Of a stretch of 64,000 nt of DNA, positions 38,060 through 50,110 are shown in pieces (the first letter of the stretch is position 1; each line of letters starts with the position of its first letter). The notes under the pieces are model-generated. The model ran no database searches, had not been told where the DNA came from, and saw only the letters and a program-made list of their open reading frames with translations. A program made the translations under genes and the position numbers. The DNA lies in NCBI RefSeq assembly GCF_963921235.1, contig NC_086097.1, positions 76,448,001 to 76,512,000 of the forward strand, given 5' to 3'. Origin of the DNA: Mobula hypostoma. Its lineage: Eukaryota.

Positions 38060-40229
38060 CAGTTCATCCATGCAAGCATTTAAAGATTGCATGGATGAAC
38101 TGCAATGGCAAGCATTTAAAGATTGCATGGATAAACTACAACAATTGTTCATCTCAGTTTGGCAAAAGAATAAACCAGGGAAGGTAGTGCATCCGTGGCT
38201 GACTAGGGAAATTAGGGATAGTATCAATTCCAAAGAAGAAACATACAAATTAGCCAGAAAAAGCGGCTCACCTGAGGACTGGGACAAATTCAAAGTCCAG
38301 CAGAGGAGGACAAAGGGCTTAATTAGGAAAGGGAAAAAAGATTAAGAGAGAAAACTGGCAGGGAACATAAAAATTGAATGTAAAAGCTTTTATAGATTAT
38401 ATGAAAAGAAAAAGATTGGTTAAGACAAATGTAGGTCCCTTACAGTCAGAAACAGGTGAATTGATCATGGGGAACAAGAACATAGCAGACCAATTGAATA
38501 ACTACTTTGGTTCTGTCTTCACTAAGGAGGACATAAATAATCTTCCAGAAATAGTAGGGGACCGAGGGTCTAGTGAGATGGAGGAACTGAGGGAAATACA
38601 TGTTAGTAGGGAAGTGGTGTTAGGTAAATTGAAGGGATTAAAGGCAGATAAATCCCCAGGCCCAGATGGTCTGCATCCCAGAGTGCTTAAGGAAGTGGCC
38701 CAAGAAATAGTGGATGCATTAGTGATAATTTTTCAAAACTCGTTAGATTCTGGACTAGTTCCTGAGGATTGGAGGGTGGCTAATGTAACTCCACTTTTTA
38801 AAAAAGGAGGGAGAGAGAAACCGGGGAATTATAGACCGGTTAGCCTAACATCGGTGGTGGGGAAACTGCTGGAGTCAGTTATCAAAGATATGATAACAGC
38901 ACATTTGGAACGCGGTGAAATCATCGGACAAAGTCAGCATGGATTTATGAAAGGAAAATCATGTCCGACGAATCCCATAGAAATTTTTGAGGATGTAACT
39001 AGTAGAGTGGATAGGGGAGAACTAGTGGATGTGGTGTATTTGGATTTTCAAAAGTCTTTTGACAAGATCCCACACAGGAGATTAGTGTGCAAACTTAAAG
39101 CACACAGTATTGGGGGTATGGTATTGATGTGGATAGAGAATTGGTTGGCAGACAGGAAGCAAAGAGTGGGAATAAACGGAATCTTTTCAGAATGGCAGAC
39201 AGTGACTAGTGGGGTACCGCAAGGCTCAGTGCTGGGACCCCAGTTGTTTACAATATATATTAATGACTTAGACGAGGGAATTAAATGCAGCATCTCCAAG
39301 TTTGCGGATGACACGAAGCTAGGCGGCAGTGTTAGCTATGAACAGGATGCTAAGAGTATGCAGGGTGACTTGGATAGGTTAGGTGAGTGGGCAAATTCAT
39401 GGCAGATGCAATTTAATATGGATAAATGTGAGGTTATCCACTTTGGTGGCAAGAACAGGAAAACAGATTATCTGAACGGTGGCCGATTAGGAAAAGGGGA
39501 GGTGCGACGAGACCTGGGTGTCATTATACACCAGTCATTGAAAGTGGGCACGCAGGTACAGCAGGCAGTGAAAAAGGCGAATGGTATGCTGGCGTTCACA
39601 GCAAGAGGATTCGAGTACAGGAGCAGGGAGGTACTACTGCAGTTGTACAAGGCCTTGGTGAGACCACACCTAGAGTATTGTGTGCAGTTTTGGTCCCCTA
39701 ATCTGAGGAAAGACATTCTTGCCATAGAGGGAGTACAAAGAAGGTTCACCAGATTAATTCCTGGGATGGCAGGACTTTCATACGATGAAAGACTGGATCG
39801 ACTAGGCTTATACTCGCTGGAATTTAGAAGATTGAGGGGGGATCTGATTGAAACATATAAAATTCTAAAGGGATTGGACAGGCTAGATGCAGGAAGATTG
39901 TTCCCGACGTTGGGGAAGTCCAGAATGAGGGGTCACATTTTAAGGATAAAGGGGAAGCCTTTTAGGACTGAGATGAGGAAAAACTTCTTCACACAGAGAG
40001 TGGTGAATCTGTGGAATTTTCTGCTACAGAAAACAGCTGAGGCCAGTTCATTGGCTATATTTAAGAGGGAGTTAGATATGGCCCTTGTGGCTAAAGGGAT
40101 CAGGGGGTATGGAGGGAAGGCAGGTACAGGGTTCTGAGTTGGATGATTAGCCATGATCATACTGAATGGCGGTGCAGGCTCGAAGGGCCGAATGGCCTAC
40201 TCCTGCACCTATATTCTATGTTTCTATGT
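38060..40229 (+). mobile_element. Young 5'-truncated CR1 LINE with an open 587-aa RT ORF (38374-40137)
   Basis: Uninterrupted RT with PQGSVLGP and KFADDTK. Near-identical to 25943-28080 in the opposite orientation. ttctatgt repeat tail. Confidence 0.95.
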
Positions 40230-40315
40230 ATCTATGGAGGGAAATGGACAGTCAACATTTCAGACTGAGGAGGCCTGATGAAGGTTCTCAGCCCAAAACA
40301 TTAACTGCCTATTCC
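40230..40315. mobile_element. Remainder of an old Penelope fold-back split by the CR1 (other part at about 38020-38059)
   Basis: ..aggtcaggcag plus atctatggagggaaatggacagtc rebuilds the terminal consensus. Degenerate CTGATGA..CAAAACATT core at about 40275-40305. Confidence 0.6.
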
Positions 40316-40883
40316 TCAATCACTTTGTATCACAATCAATTGAACTGTTTCTTTGTTCAGACTGGTAAGAGAAGGGGTGAGAGTAGACATGTGGGAAACA
40401 AAGGAGATGCATGTGCGGGCTCCATCAACTTCAGTAGAAGAGAAGGTATTTTCCCAAGGAAGTATATTTCAGAGGTCCAAGGGTAGAAAGCTTCACCTGG
40501 AGAACACATTTGGCAGAGACAATGAGAGAATGGAAGATTGTCTTTACTGGAGGTATAGTTAGGTATAGGTGGATGGAGCTATAGTTAAAGTAGCCATGAG
40601 ATTCCCCAGGTTCATAGTAGATATCAATGGATAGCTTGTGTTCTGAGTAAGAAACAGAAAACCAGAAAAGGAAGAGTCAGATTTAAACAGTTTCTTTCAA
40701 AATCAGAGGAAATCCCAAGACTTTAAAGGCAAATAAATAGTGTAGATAAAGGCAGGTACACAAGATCCTACAGATGACAAAGAAATACCACCAGATAATC
40801 TCCTTTAGAGACACTGAACTTCCCAGATGAGGCCATCCTAGCATTTCAACACTGCAAGAGGAAAACAGTAGAGCTGTTCCTGA

Positions 40884-41115
40884 CATGAGGAAATCTACAG
40901 ATGCTGGAAATTCAAGCAACACACACAAAAAATGCTAGTGAACGCAGCAGGCCAGGCAGCATCTATAGGAAGCGGTACAATCGGTTTTTCGGGCCGGGAC
41001 CCTTCGTCAGGACTAACTGAAAGAAGAGATAGTAAGAGATTCGTCGACTGTACCTCTTCCTAAAGATGCTGCTTTGCTTGTCGCGTTCCACCAGCATTTT
41101 GTATGTGTGAAACCC
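40884..41115. repeat. Penelope-derived fold-back of about 230 bp
   Basis: Minus arm carries a hammerhead remnant (40978-41019). Plus arm starts cgtcgactg at 41042. Duplication gttcctga at 40876-40883 / 41116-41123. Confidence 0.8.
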
Positions 41116-41454
41116 GTTCCTGAGGCAGCTCACCTCAGGAAAGGCACATTTATTATGGATGCAATTGAGTACAGATTCTCAGAGACTTCATCAGGAGATG
41201 AAAATGAATGATATTCACTGATTTATTTGGAACTACTGTCAGGATGGAACTTGCTAAAGCCACGACAGCAAATGGAAAACGTAAACTGAACAACACTGCT
41301 GAGCAGCCAATTAAGAAGACTGCTTAGAAATCCTAATGACTTTAGGTGGCTGTGCAGGTTAGAATCCTCAATGCAGTAAATGCCATCAGGATGTGAACGA
41401 GCACAATTACCCTGATTTACTCAACGCTGCCACTAAGTAGTCAGTAGCCTTACT

Positions 41455-41770
41455 CTATGGAAACAGGTCCTGCCATTCTCTGAGTCCATGCTGACCATTA
41501 AGAACCCATTTATATTAATTTCATTTTATTCTCCACACAATCCTATCAATTCTCTCAAATTATACCACTACTCTGAACTCTGCCCAGGGGTCAATTTACA
41601 GTGGCCATTTAATTTACCAACCTGCAGGTCTTTGATGTGTGGGAAGAAGCACATGCAGCCACGAGGAGACTGTGCAACCGGCACAAAGGCAGTGCCTTAA
41701 GTCAGGATCGAACCTGATTTGATGGAGGTGTGAAGCAGCATGTCCACCAGCTACACCACTGTGCTGCAAA
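41455..41770 (-). mobile_element. Degenerate tRNA-derived SINE
   Basis: Minus head gcagcacagtggtgtagctggt..caggttcgatcct (A/B boxes), with body similar to 2985-3245. Confidence 0.5.
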
Positions 41771-41839
41771 TCTCAGCTATTCAACTACCCAAAGTTATCG
41801 GAACCTAAAGGCTTGCAATTATGCTTATGCAGAATCACA

Positions 41840-42370
41840 GCATTCTTTATATTCCTCAAGCACCTCATATACTCTATGCTGACTATATTTATTGTAGATA
41901 TCTCTCTTTTTCCAAACCAAGTTTCCAATATCCCTTGAAAAGCATGGCTCTTTCAAACTTTTAACCTTTCCTTTCAACCTAACAGGAACATAAAGATACC
42001 GTACTCTCAAAATTTCACCATTAAATGATCTCCATTTCTCTATTACATTCTTCCCATAAAACAAATTGTCCCAATCCACTCCTTCTAAATCCTTTTGCAT
42101 GTCCTCAAAGTTAGCCTTTCTCCACTCAAAAATCTCAACCCTGGGCCCAGACCTAGGCTTCTCCATAATTATAGTGAAACTAATAGCATTGTGATCACTG
42201 GACCCGAAGTGCTCCCCAGCACAAACCTCCGTCACCTGACCTATCTCATTCCCTAACAGGAGATCCAACACTGCTCCTTTTCTAGTTGGTACCTCTATGT
42301 ATTGCTGCAAAAAACTATCCTGAACACATTTTACAAACTCCAAACCATCCATCCCTTTTACAGTATGGGC
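41840..42370 (-). mobile_element. CR1 endonuclease-region fragment
   Basis: ORF 41825-42352 with AVLDLLLGNE and GSSDHNAISF. Confidence 0.8.
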
Positions 42371-42404
42371 TTACTACAAATATCTGCTATATATATATAT
42401 ATAT

Positions 42405-42625
42405 GAATATATGGAATTTGTTGCCACAGGCAGCAGTGGAGGCCAAGTCACTGGGTGTATTTAAGGCAGAGATTGATAGGTATCTGAGTAGCCAGGGCAT
42501 CAAAGGTTATGGTGAGAAGGCGGGGGAGTGGGACTAAATAGAAGAATGGATCAACTCATGATAAAATGGCGGAGCAGACTCGATGGGCCGAATGGCCTAC
42601 TTCTGCTCCTTTGTCTTATGGTCTT
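42405..42625 (+). mobile_element. CR1 3' fragment
   Basis: WNLLPQAAVEAKSLGVFKAEIDRYL and a gggccgaatggcctac tail. Confidence 0.8.
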
Positions 42626-42627
42626 AT

Positions 42628-42672
42628 TTATATATATATATATATATATACACATACACACACACATACATA
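42628..42672. repeat. (TA)n(CA)n microsatellite
   Basis: tatatatatatatatatatatacacatacacacacacatacatac. Confidence 0.9.
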
Positions 42673-43559
42673 CAAATTTGCTCCTCCAATTCTCGCTTCC
42701 TCATTTCAATTTCTACAGGAATGGTTAATTGCACTGAGAACAAAAAATGGAGTTACCAAATAAAAGCAATAAAATGAATACTGAAGAAAAAGATATCAGA
42801 AAAAAATGTGAACAATCCATTGACTGGGTTACTGTCACATGGTCTCAAAACTGAACTGGACCAACAGGCACTGCAGGTTGTTTTCAGCTTTGTGAAACAT
42901 CTAGAAACAGTAGATAGATGTTGCAAACCCAATTCAAAACTTGATACCTTCTATATTTAACTTGTAGATTATGCTGTTGAATACCATTCAAACAGAATTA
43001 ATTTGCCTACACATCAACTTACAAGGTAAAGTACATTGGGCGTTCATCTGATTCGGCTGAATACAAGTTCAGTCACAAAATATTTTCTGTGCAATACAAT
43101 CCAAAAGTAAGTTTAACCAATATAACTCTACTGAGTATTTAATACCTCAATATGGCCCAAAGGTGCATAAATGGATAATATGGATAACATATGGTAGACC
43201 AAAAGGAAGAAGCTATTTGCTCAGTTAGCCAATTAGATAATGCAGTTTAGTATCTACATGCTAGATGGTTCTTCGCAGTGAAGTGTATGTTTCTGATCAA
43301 AAGTCCAAACCATTTTCCACTCAATACATCTTCCCAAATCTGGCACAAGCTACTCATACCATTAAGTGTGGTAGTACTGCACAAAAGGGCTACTTACATT
43401 TTACAGACATGTCACATTTACAAGCTTCAGAGAGTAAATCAAAATCCATACAAACAAATAATTCTAAAATTGCCACACAAATAATTAAATTGAATTTTAT
43501 ATCAATGCGTTTAATAAAGCATCAAGTTGTTTCTTGATCAGTGACTAGTTACTTCTTAC

Positions 43560-43674
43560 CAGCTTCTGTGTATTTTAGCCCCACTTTTTCTTCCTCATCT
43601 TTTGGTTTGGGGGGTGGCCAAATGGCATGAAGTCGTCCACGAGTTCGGTCTTCTGAATCTGATGGAGATAAATC
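43560..43674 (-). CDS. FMN1: Formin-1 internal exon, 115 nt ([38 protein letters not shown]+G)
   Basis: Acceptor ttttaacttttatcacag| and donor G|gtaaga, phase 0 in and phase 1 out. Peptide matches the recalled formin-1 motif [31 protein letters not shown]. Confidence 0.95.
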
Positions 43675-44054
43675 CTGTGATAAAAGTTAAAAGAGAGATA
43701 TTAGAGAAAACACATGCAAGAAAGGTAGATGCCTGGCACAGCTCTTACTTTAATACAATAACGAATCTTATGTTGCATTTCTTTGAAATAGACCTACACT
43801 GTATTTGTTTAATACCCATTTCCCACATTTATTCCTTCCAATTTTGCCACATGTGAAGGGTTAATGATATAGGATACACACAGAGACCGATTGAATTCTG
43901 TTTATCCTACAACTTTTGATTATTTGCGCAGAACATGATGTCAGGCCAGGTCAACTATAAATAGAATATAGCTGGTACCTACTGCTAGATTTAATTTATA
44001 TCTGTATTACACTTTGGAGTTCATACATGATATAGACTTCAGTTCAATGATTCT

Positions 44055-45100
44055 GGGATATAGGACAGAAAACAGGCGCTTCGGTACAACTCATTCAGGC
44101 AAACCAAGTTGCCTAATTGAACCGATCCAATTTACTCATGTTCAACTGATACCATACCAAACTATTCCTATCCAAATATCTTTTTAATGGTATATTTGTA
44201 CCTGCCTCTGCCACTTCCTCTGGCAGCTAGTTCCACAGGTGCATCGCACTATATGAAAAAGACATTCTTGGGTCCCTTTCAAATTTTCTCCCTCTCACTC
44301 TAAACCTTTACCCTCTATCCTCTAGTTTTGGACTCCCCTACCCTGGAGAAAAGACTGTGGCTATTCACCTTATCTATTCCCCTCAAGATTTTATATAGCT
44401 CTATAAAGTTACCCCCGGCTTCCTATACTACAAGAAAAAAAATCCTAGCCCATTCAAACCCTTCAGTCCTGCTAACAGCCTTATAAATATTTTTTTAATC
44501 CTTTCGAGTTTAACTGCATTCTTTCTCAAGCAGGTCACAACCAGATCACCAAATGTGGCCTTACCCATGGCTTGCACAGCTGCAACATGATGTACCAACT
44601 CTTGTACTTAAAAGCCTGACTGATGAAAGCAAGCATGCCAAATGTCTTCTTCACCACCTTGTCAACTTGTACTCATAGGTCTTTCAGTTTTACAGCACTC
44701 CTCAGAGCCTTGCCATTCACTGTGCAAGTATTGCCTTGGGTTGTCTTACCAAAATGCAATACCTCGCATTTATCCAAATTAAATTCATCGGCTATTCCTC
44801 AGCATACTTGCCCAGTCAATCAAGATCCCATCGTAAGATTAAATAAACGTCTTCACTGTCCACCGTATACCCAATTTCAGTATCATCTATAAACTCAGTC
44901 ATCATACCACTTGCATTTTCATTCAAATCATTAATGTAAATGACAAACAAAAGTTGACCTAGCACTAATTCCTGCATTACACCAGTGCTTTATAGGCCTC
45001 CAGACTCAAAAACAACCCTCTGTCTCCCACCAAGAACCAATCTAATTTTGTATCCATTAAATTAGCTCACCCTGGATCCATGTGAGCTAACTTTGTGGTT
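44055..45100 (-). mobile_element. Old CR1 fragment
   Basis: Degenerate ORF2 C-terminal and 3' sequence. Confidence 0.65.
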
Positions 45101-45504
45101 GGAAGGTTATTGATCACTGGTAAATCCCATTAAAAGGAAGTTTTCCCTGTTGGCACTTGATGCATCAATGGGCCAGAACCACTGGTTAACATGTATCACA
45201 AGACAGCTCAGCTCATCTCACTTCTTGAAATCAGGACAAGCTGGAGGTATGACAATACTGAGCTGTAAAAATATCAGCTGCATTTGGCATAACAGACACA
45301 ATTAATGTTGTTGATCCTGACTGGAAAAGTAAATGCAAATGATTTGATTATTTTTCTTTACTTGCTTTTAATCGGTTTGTTATTAATTAACATATTGATT
45401 TTTAATTTTTGCTTAATATTTGCAATTTATCTGTAATTTATTAAATAATTGTTTTGGACTGGATCTATTAGTGAAATTTAAACGCAGAAAGACTTTAGGT
45501 GGAA

Positions 45505-45925
45505 TAGAACATAGAACACAGAACATAGGCTAGTGCAGCACAGTACAGGCCCTTCAGCCCACAATGTTGTGCCGACCCTTAAACCCTGCCTCCCATATAA
45601 CCCCCCAACCTTAACTTCCTCCATATACTTGTCTAGTAGTCTCTTACATTTCACTAGTGTATCTGCCTCCACCACTGACTCAGGCAGTGCATTCCACGCA
45701 CCAACCACTCTCCAAGTAAAAAACCTTCCTCTAATATCCCCCTTGAACTTCCCACCTCTTACCTTAAAGCCATGTCTTCTTGTACTGAGCAGTGGTGCCC
45801 TGGGGGAGAGGCGCTGGCTGTCCACTCTATCTATTCCTCTTAATCTCTTGTACACCTCTATCATGTCTCCTCTCATCCTCCTTCTCTACAAAGAGTAAAG
45901 CCCTAGCTCCCTTAATCTCTGATCA
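45505..45925 (-). mobile_element. CR1 3' fragment
   Basis: MRGDMIEVYK..RVVGAWNALP and a (GTTCTAT)n tail. Confidence 0.85.
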
Positions 45926-47294
45926 CAATGAGCATAAAATTTGATCCGGGTAGTCCAGAGTAGTCCAATTTGAGATGAAAAAAATTAAAGTCAGATGTAT
46001 CAGTATTGAGTGGAGTCAATGGAATTACAAAGGCATAAGAGAGCTACTGTTGAGTGGAAGGAGACACTAGCAAGGATGGTAACAGAACAGCAATAGCTAG
46101 AGTTTTTGGGAGCAATTCAGAAGGCGCAAACATGAAGTATTCTAGAAGGGAGGTGAGGCAGCTATGGCTGACAAGGGAAGTCAAAGACAGCATAAAAGCA
46201 AAAGAGAGGTATATAATATAGCAAAAATTAGTGGGAAGTCAGATTGGGAAACTTTTAAACCAACCGAAGGCAACTAAAAATGCTATAACGAGAGAAAAGA
46301 TGAAATGTGAGGGTAAGCTAGCTAATAATATTAAAGAGTATTCCAAAAGCTTGTTCAGATATATAAAGAGTAAGAGAGGCAAGAGTGGATATCAGACCAC
46401 TGGAAATTAACTCAGGAGAGTTAGCAATGGGGACAAATAAATGGTGGACAAATGAATAAGTATTTTATACCACTCTTCGCTGTGGAAGACATTAGCAGTA
46501 TGCCAGAATTTTGAGTGTAAGGGGGCAGAAGTGTAGTTGCTAATACCAGGGAGAAGGTGCTTGGGAAGCTGAAGGTCTGATGGTAAATAAGTCATCTGGA
46601 CCAAATGGACTATACCCAACACTTCTAAAAGTGGTAGCTGAAGAGATTGTGGAGGCATTAGAAATTATCTTCCAGGCACTAGATTCTGGCACAGTTCCAG
46701 AGGACCGAAAAATTGCACCTGTCACCCCATTCTTTAGGAAGGAAGGGAGGCAGATGATGAAATTATACACCAGCTAGCCAGAGGCTTCTTAACAAGATAT
46801 GTAATTACATATCTGGTATAACAGGAAAGATACCAGCATGGATAGAAAATTAGTTGACTGTTTAGGAGGAAAAGAATGGAAATAAAGGGGACTTTTCCTG
46901 GTTCGTGTCCAAGTCTGTGGACGATTCAAAGATAAGTGGAGGGGCAGGTCCTGTTCAGGAAGCAGAGTCTGCAGAAGAACCTAGAAAGATTAGGAAAACG
47001 GGCAAAGAAGTGGCAGATAGAATATAGTGTAGGGAAGTGTATGGTCATGCACTTTTGTAGAAGGAATTAAGCTGTAGACTACTTTACAAACAGGAAGAAA
47101 ATTCAAAAATCAGGAGGCGCGAAGGTTACATAGGAGTCCTCACACAGGATTCCCTATAGGTTAACTTGCAGGTTGAGTCAGTGGCAAGGAAGGCAAATGC
47201 AATGTTAGCATTCATTTTGAGAGGACTAGGACATAAAAGCAAAGATGTATTGCTGAGGCTTTAAAAGGGATTGGTCAGACAACACTTGGAGTAT

Positions 47295-47573
47295 CTTCCC
47301 CCCCCCCCCTTTTCCTTCTCCCTGGGCCTCCTGTCCCATGATCCTCTCATATCCCTTTTGCCAATCAACTGTCCAGCTCTTGGCTCCATCCCTCCCCCTC
47401 CTGTCTTCTCCTATCATTTTGGATCTCCCCCTCCCCCTCCCACATTCAAATCTCTTACTAGCTCTTCCTTCAGTTAGTCCTGACAAAGGGTCTCGGCCCG
47501 AAACGTCGACTGTATCTCTTCCTAGAGATGCTGCCTGGCCTACTGCGTTCATCAGCAACTTTGATGTGTGTGG
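47295..47573 (+). mobile_element. Penelope-like terminal fragment with 10-bp TSD
   Basis: TSD cttggagtat at 47285-47294 and 47574-47583. Near-identical to 22810-23085. Confidence 0.9.
47471..47512 (+). ncRNA. Hammerhead ribozyme copy with G8-to-A core mutation
   Basis: agtcCTGACAAagggtctcggccCGAAACGTCgact. The palindromic ACGT stem III is intact. Confidence 0.55.
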
Positions 47574-48139
47574 CTTGGAGTATTGTGAATAGCTTTGGGT
47601 CCCTTATGTAAGAAAAGATGTGCTGGCATTGGAGAGGGTCCAGAGGAAGTTCACGAGAATGATTCCAGAAATGAAAGAGTTAATGCATGAGGAGCATTTG
47701 ATGGCTCTGTCTGTACTCACTGGAGTTCATAAAAAATGAGTGAGATCTCATTGAAACCTATTGAATTTCGATGGGCCTATATAAAGCAGATGTGGAGAGG
47801 TTGTTTCCTATAGTGGGGGAGTCTAGGACCAGAGGGCACAGCCTCAGATTAGAGGGATGTCCATTTAGAACAAAGATGAGAGGAATTTACTTAGCCAGCA
47901 GGTGGTGAATCTGAGGAATTCATTGCCACAGATGGCTGTGAAAGCCAAATCTTTGGGTATATTTAAAGAGGCGGTTGCTAAGTTGTGCAGGCAAAGTCTT
48001 GCTTTAGGAATATACATCTTCCTTTGCCGTGCATGGTACTATCACTTTATTAAAAAAATCAGACTTAGTATCTCAAAACTAATCACTCATGTCTGCATTA
48101 TGGACCACAATCTAACTATCTAATGAATAAGCATGAAGG

Positions 48140-48340
48140 ATGTCTGTGCTGGTAGTGTAGTAGTATCCACACCCGGACTTCAGAACAATAGGTCCTGGGT
48201 TCAAAACCAGACGGCTCCTTGCACACTTTCCATCTGTGCCAGGTATGAACATAGAGTGAGCAACTCGGCCTCATAGAACAGACAAACATAAAAGAAACAG
48301 CAAGGTTGCCATCCAATGTGCCGAACAAGGGACGGGGAGG
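48140..48340 (+). mobile_element. tRNA-derived SINE (different family)
   Basis: A-box-like tggtagtgtagtagt and B-box gggttcaaaacc, followed by an unrelated body. Confidence 0.5.
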
Positions 48341-48519
48341 AACTAAGCATAAAGAATACTGGAGCATTATGGTTAACTTGGGAAAATTGAATCTGTGAAA
48401 TATCCTACCATAGAAACAGGGGAAAATAAATAAATAATTTAAAATTTTAATATAGCATCTGATATTGTGGCCATGAAACCATCACATTGTCAAAATCCAA
48501 CCAATACCTAAATGTATTT

Positions 48520-48700
48520 CAGAATCAGAATTAGGTTTAATATCACTGGTATATATCATGAAATTTGTTGTTTGTGGCAGCAGTACATTGCAAAACATAA
48601 AACACATAAATTACAACAAGAAATATATATATATATAAAAAGATTAAATTAATTAAGTAGTGCAAAAAAGAGTGCAAAATAAATAGTGAGGTAGTGCAGG
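48520..48700 (-). mobile_element. Rex1/Babar-like 3' UTR
   Basis: (ATTCTG)n tail and aatttcatgatatat, as in 1980-2050. Confidence 0.6.
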
Positions 48701-48709
48701 TAGTCCAAT

Positions 48710-50110
48710 CACAACAAGAGAAAATCTGCAGATGCTGGAAATCCAAGACAGACAGACGCAAAAGTGCTGGAGGAACTCAACAGGCCGGGCAGCGTCTATG
48801 AAAAAGAGTAAACAGTCGATGTTTCAGACTGAGACCCTTCATCAGAACTGGAGAGAAAAGATGAGAAGTCGGAGTAAGAATATGGGGGGAGGGGAAGAAG
48901 AAATTTGTTAGTAGGTGATAGGTGAAACCGGGAGAGGGGGAGGGGTGAAATAAAGAGCTGGGACGTTGATTGGTGAAAGAGATAAAGGGCTGGAGAAGGG
49001 GGAATCTGATCGGAGAGGACAAAGGCCATGGAAGAAAGGGAAGGGGGAGGAGCACCAGAGGGAGGTGATGGGTAGGTGAAAAAATAAGATAAGAGAGGGA
49101 AATGGAAATGGGGAATGGTGAAGGAATGTGGGGGGAGCATTACCAGAAGTTCGGCAAATCGATGTTCATGCCATCATGTTGGAGGCTACCCAGATGGATT
49201 ATAAGGTGTTGCTCCTCTAACCTGAGTGTGGCCTCATTGTGGCAGTAGAGGAGGCCATGGACTGATGTGTCAGAATGGGAATGGAAAGTGGAATTAAAAT
49301 GGGTGGCCACTGGGAGATCCCACTTTTCCTGGTGGACAGAGCATAGGTGCTTGGCAAAGCAGTCTCCCAATCTACGTCGGGTCTCACCGACATACAGGAG
49401 GCCACACCGGGAGCACTGCATACAGTAGATGACACCAACAGATTCACAGGGGAGGTGTCGACTCACCTGGAAGGACAGTTCGGGGCCCTGAATGGTAGTA
49501 AGGGAGGAGGAGCACCTACGCTTAATCCACCAGAAAAAGCAGGATCTCCCAGTGGCCACCCATTTTAACTTCACTTCCCATTCCCACACGTCAGTCCGTG
49601 GCTTCCTCTGCTACCATAATGAGGCCACACTCGGGTTGAAGGAGCAGCATCTTATATTCTGTTTGGGTAGCTTCCAACCTGATGGCATGAGAAACAATTT
49701 TTTGAAATTCTGGTAATGGTCCCCCTACCCCACCGCCTTCATGATTCCCCATTCCCATTTCCCTCTCTCACTTTATCTGTTACCTGCCCGTTACCCCCCT
49801 TCTGGTGCTCCTCCCCCTTCCCTTTCTTCCATGGATTTCTGTCCTCTCCTATCAGATTCCCCCTTCTCCAGTTTTTTACCTCTTTTACCAACCAACTTCC
49901 CAGCTTCTTTCTTCACCCCTCCTCCTCTTGCAGTCTCACCTATCACTTACTACCTTGTATTTCTTCCTCCCCTCCCCCCACTCTCTTACTCTGACTTCTT
50001 ATCTTTTTTCCAGTTCTGGATGAAGGGTCTCAACCCAAAGCATTGACTGTTTACTCTTTTCCATAGATGCTGCCTGGCCTGTTGAATTCTTCCAGCATTT
50101 TGTGTGTGCT
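48710..50110. mobile_element. Penelope-like fold-back of about 1.4 kb
   Basis: Minus arm 48710-49505 (ORF 49140-49589 with GVIYC..LLYVGET) and plus arm about 49510-50110. Confidence 0.85.
48813..48850 (-). ncRNA. Hammerhead ribozyme copy in the FMN1-sense orientation
   Basis: Minus strand: CAGTT-CTGATGA-A-GGGTCTCAGTCT-GAAAC-ATC^GACTG. Core intact, but stem II is wobble-rich and stem III has a C-A mismatch. Confidence 0.55.

Larger units (their letters stand above)
45930..47990 (+). mobile_element. CR1 LINE (decayed), interrupted by a Penelope terminus
   Basis: KSSGPNGLYP..VAEEIVEAL, LEYC and VVNLRNSLP fragments. Confidence 0.8.
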
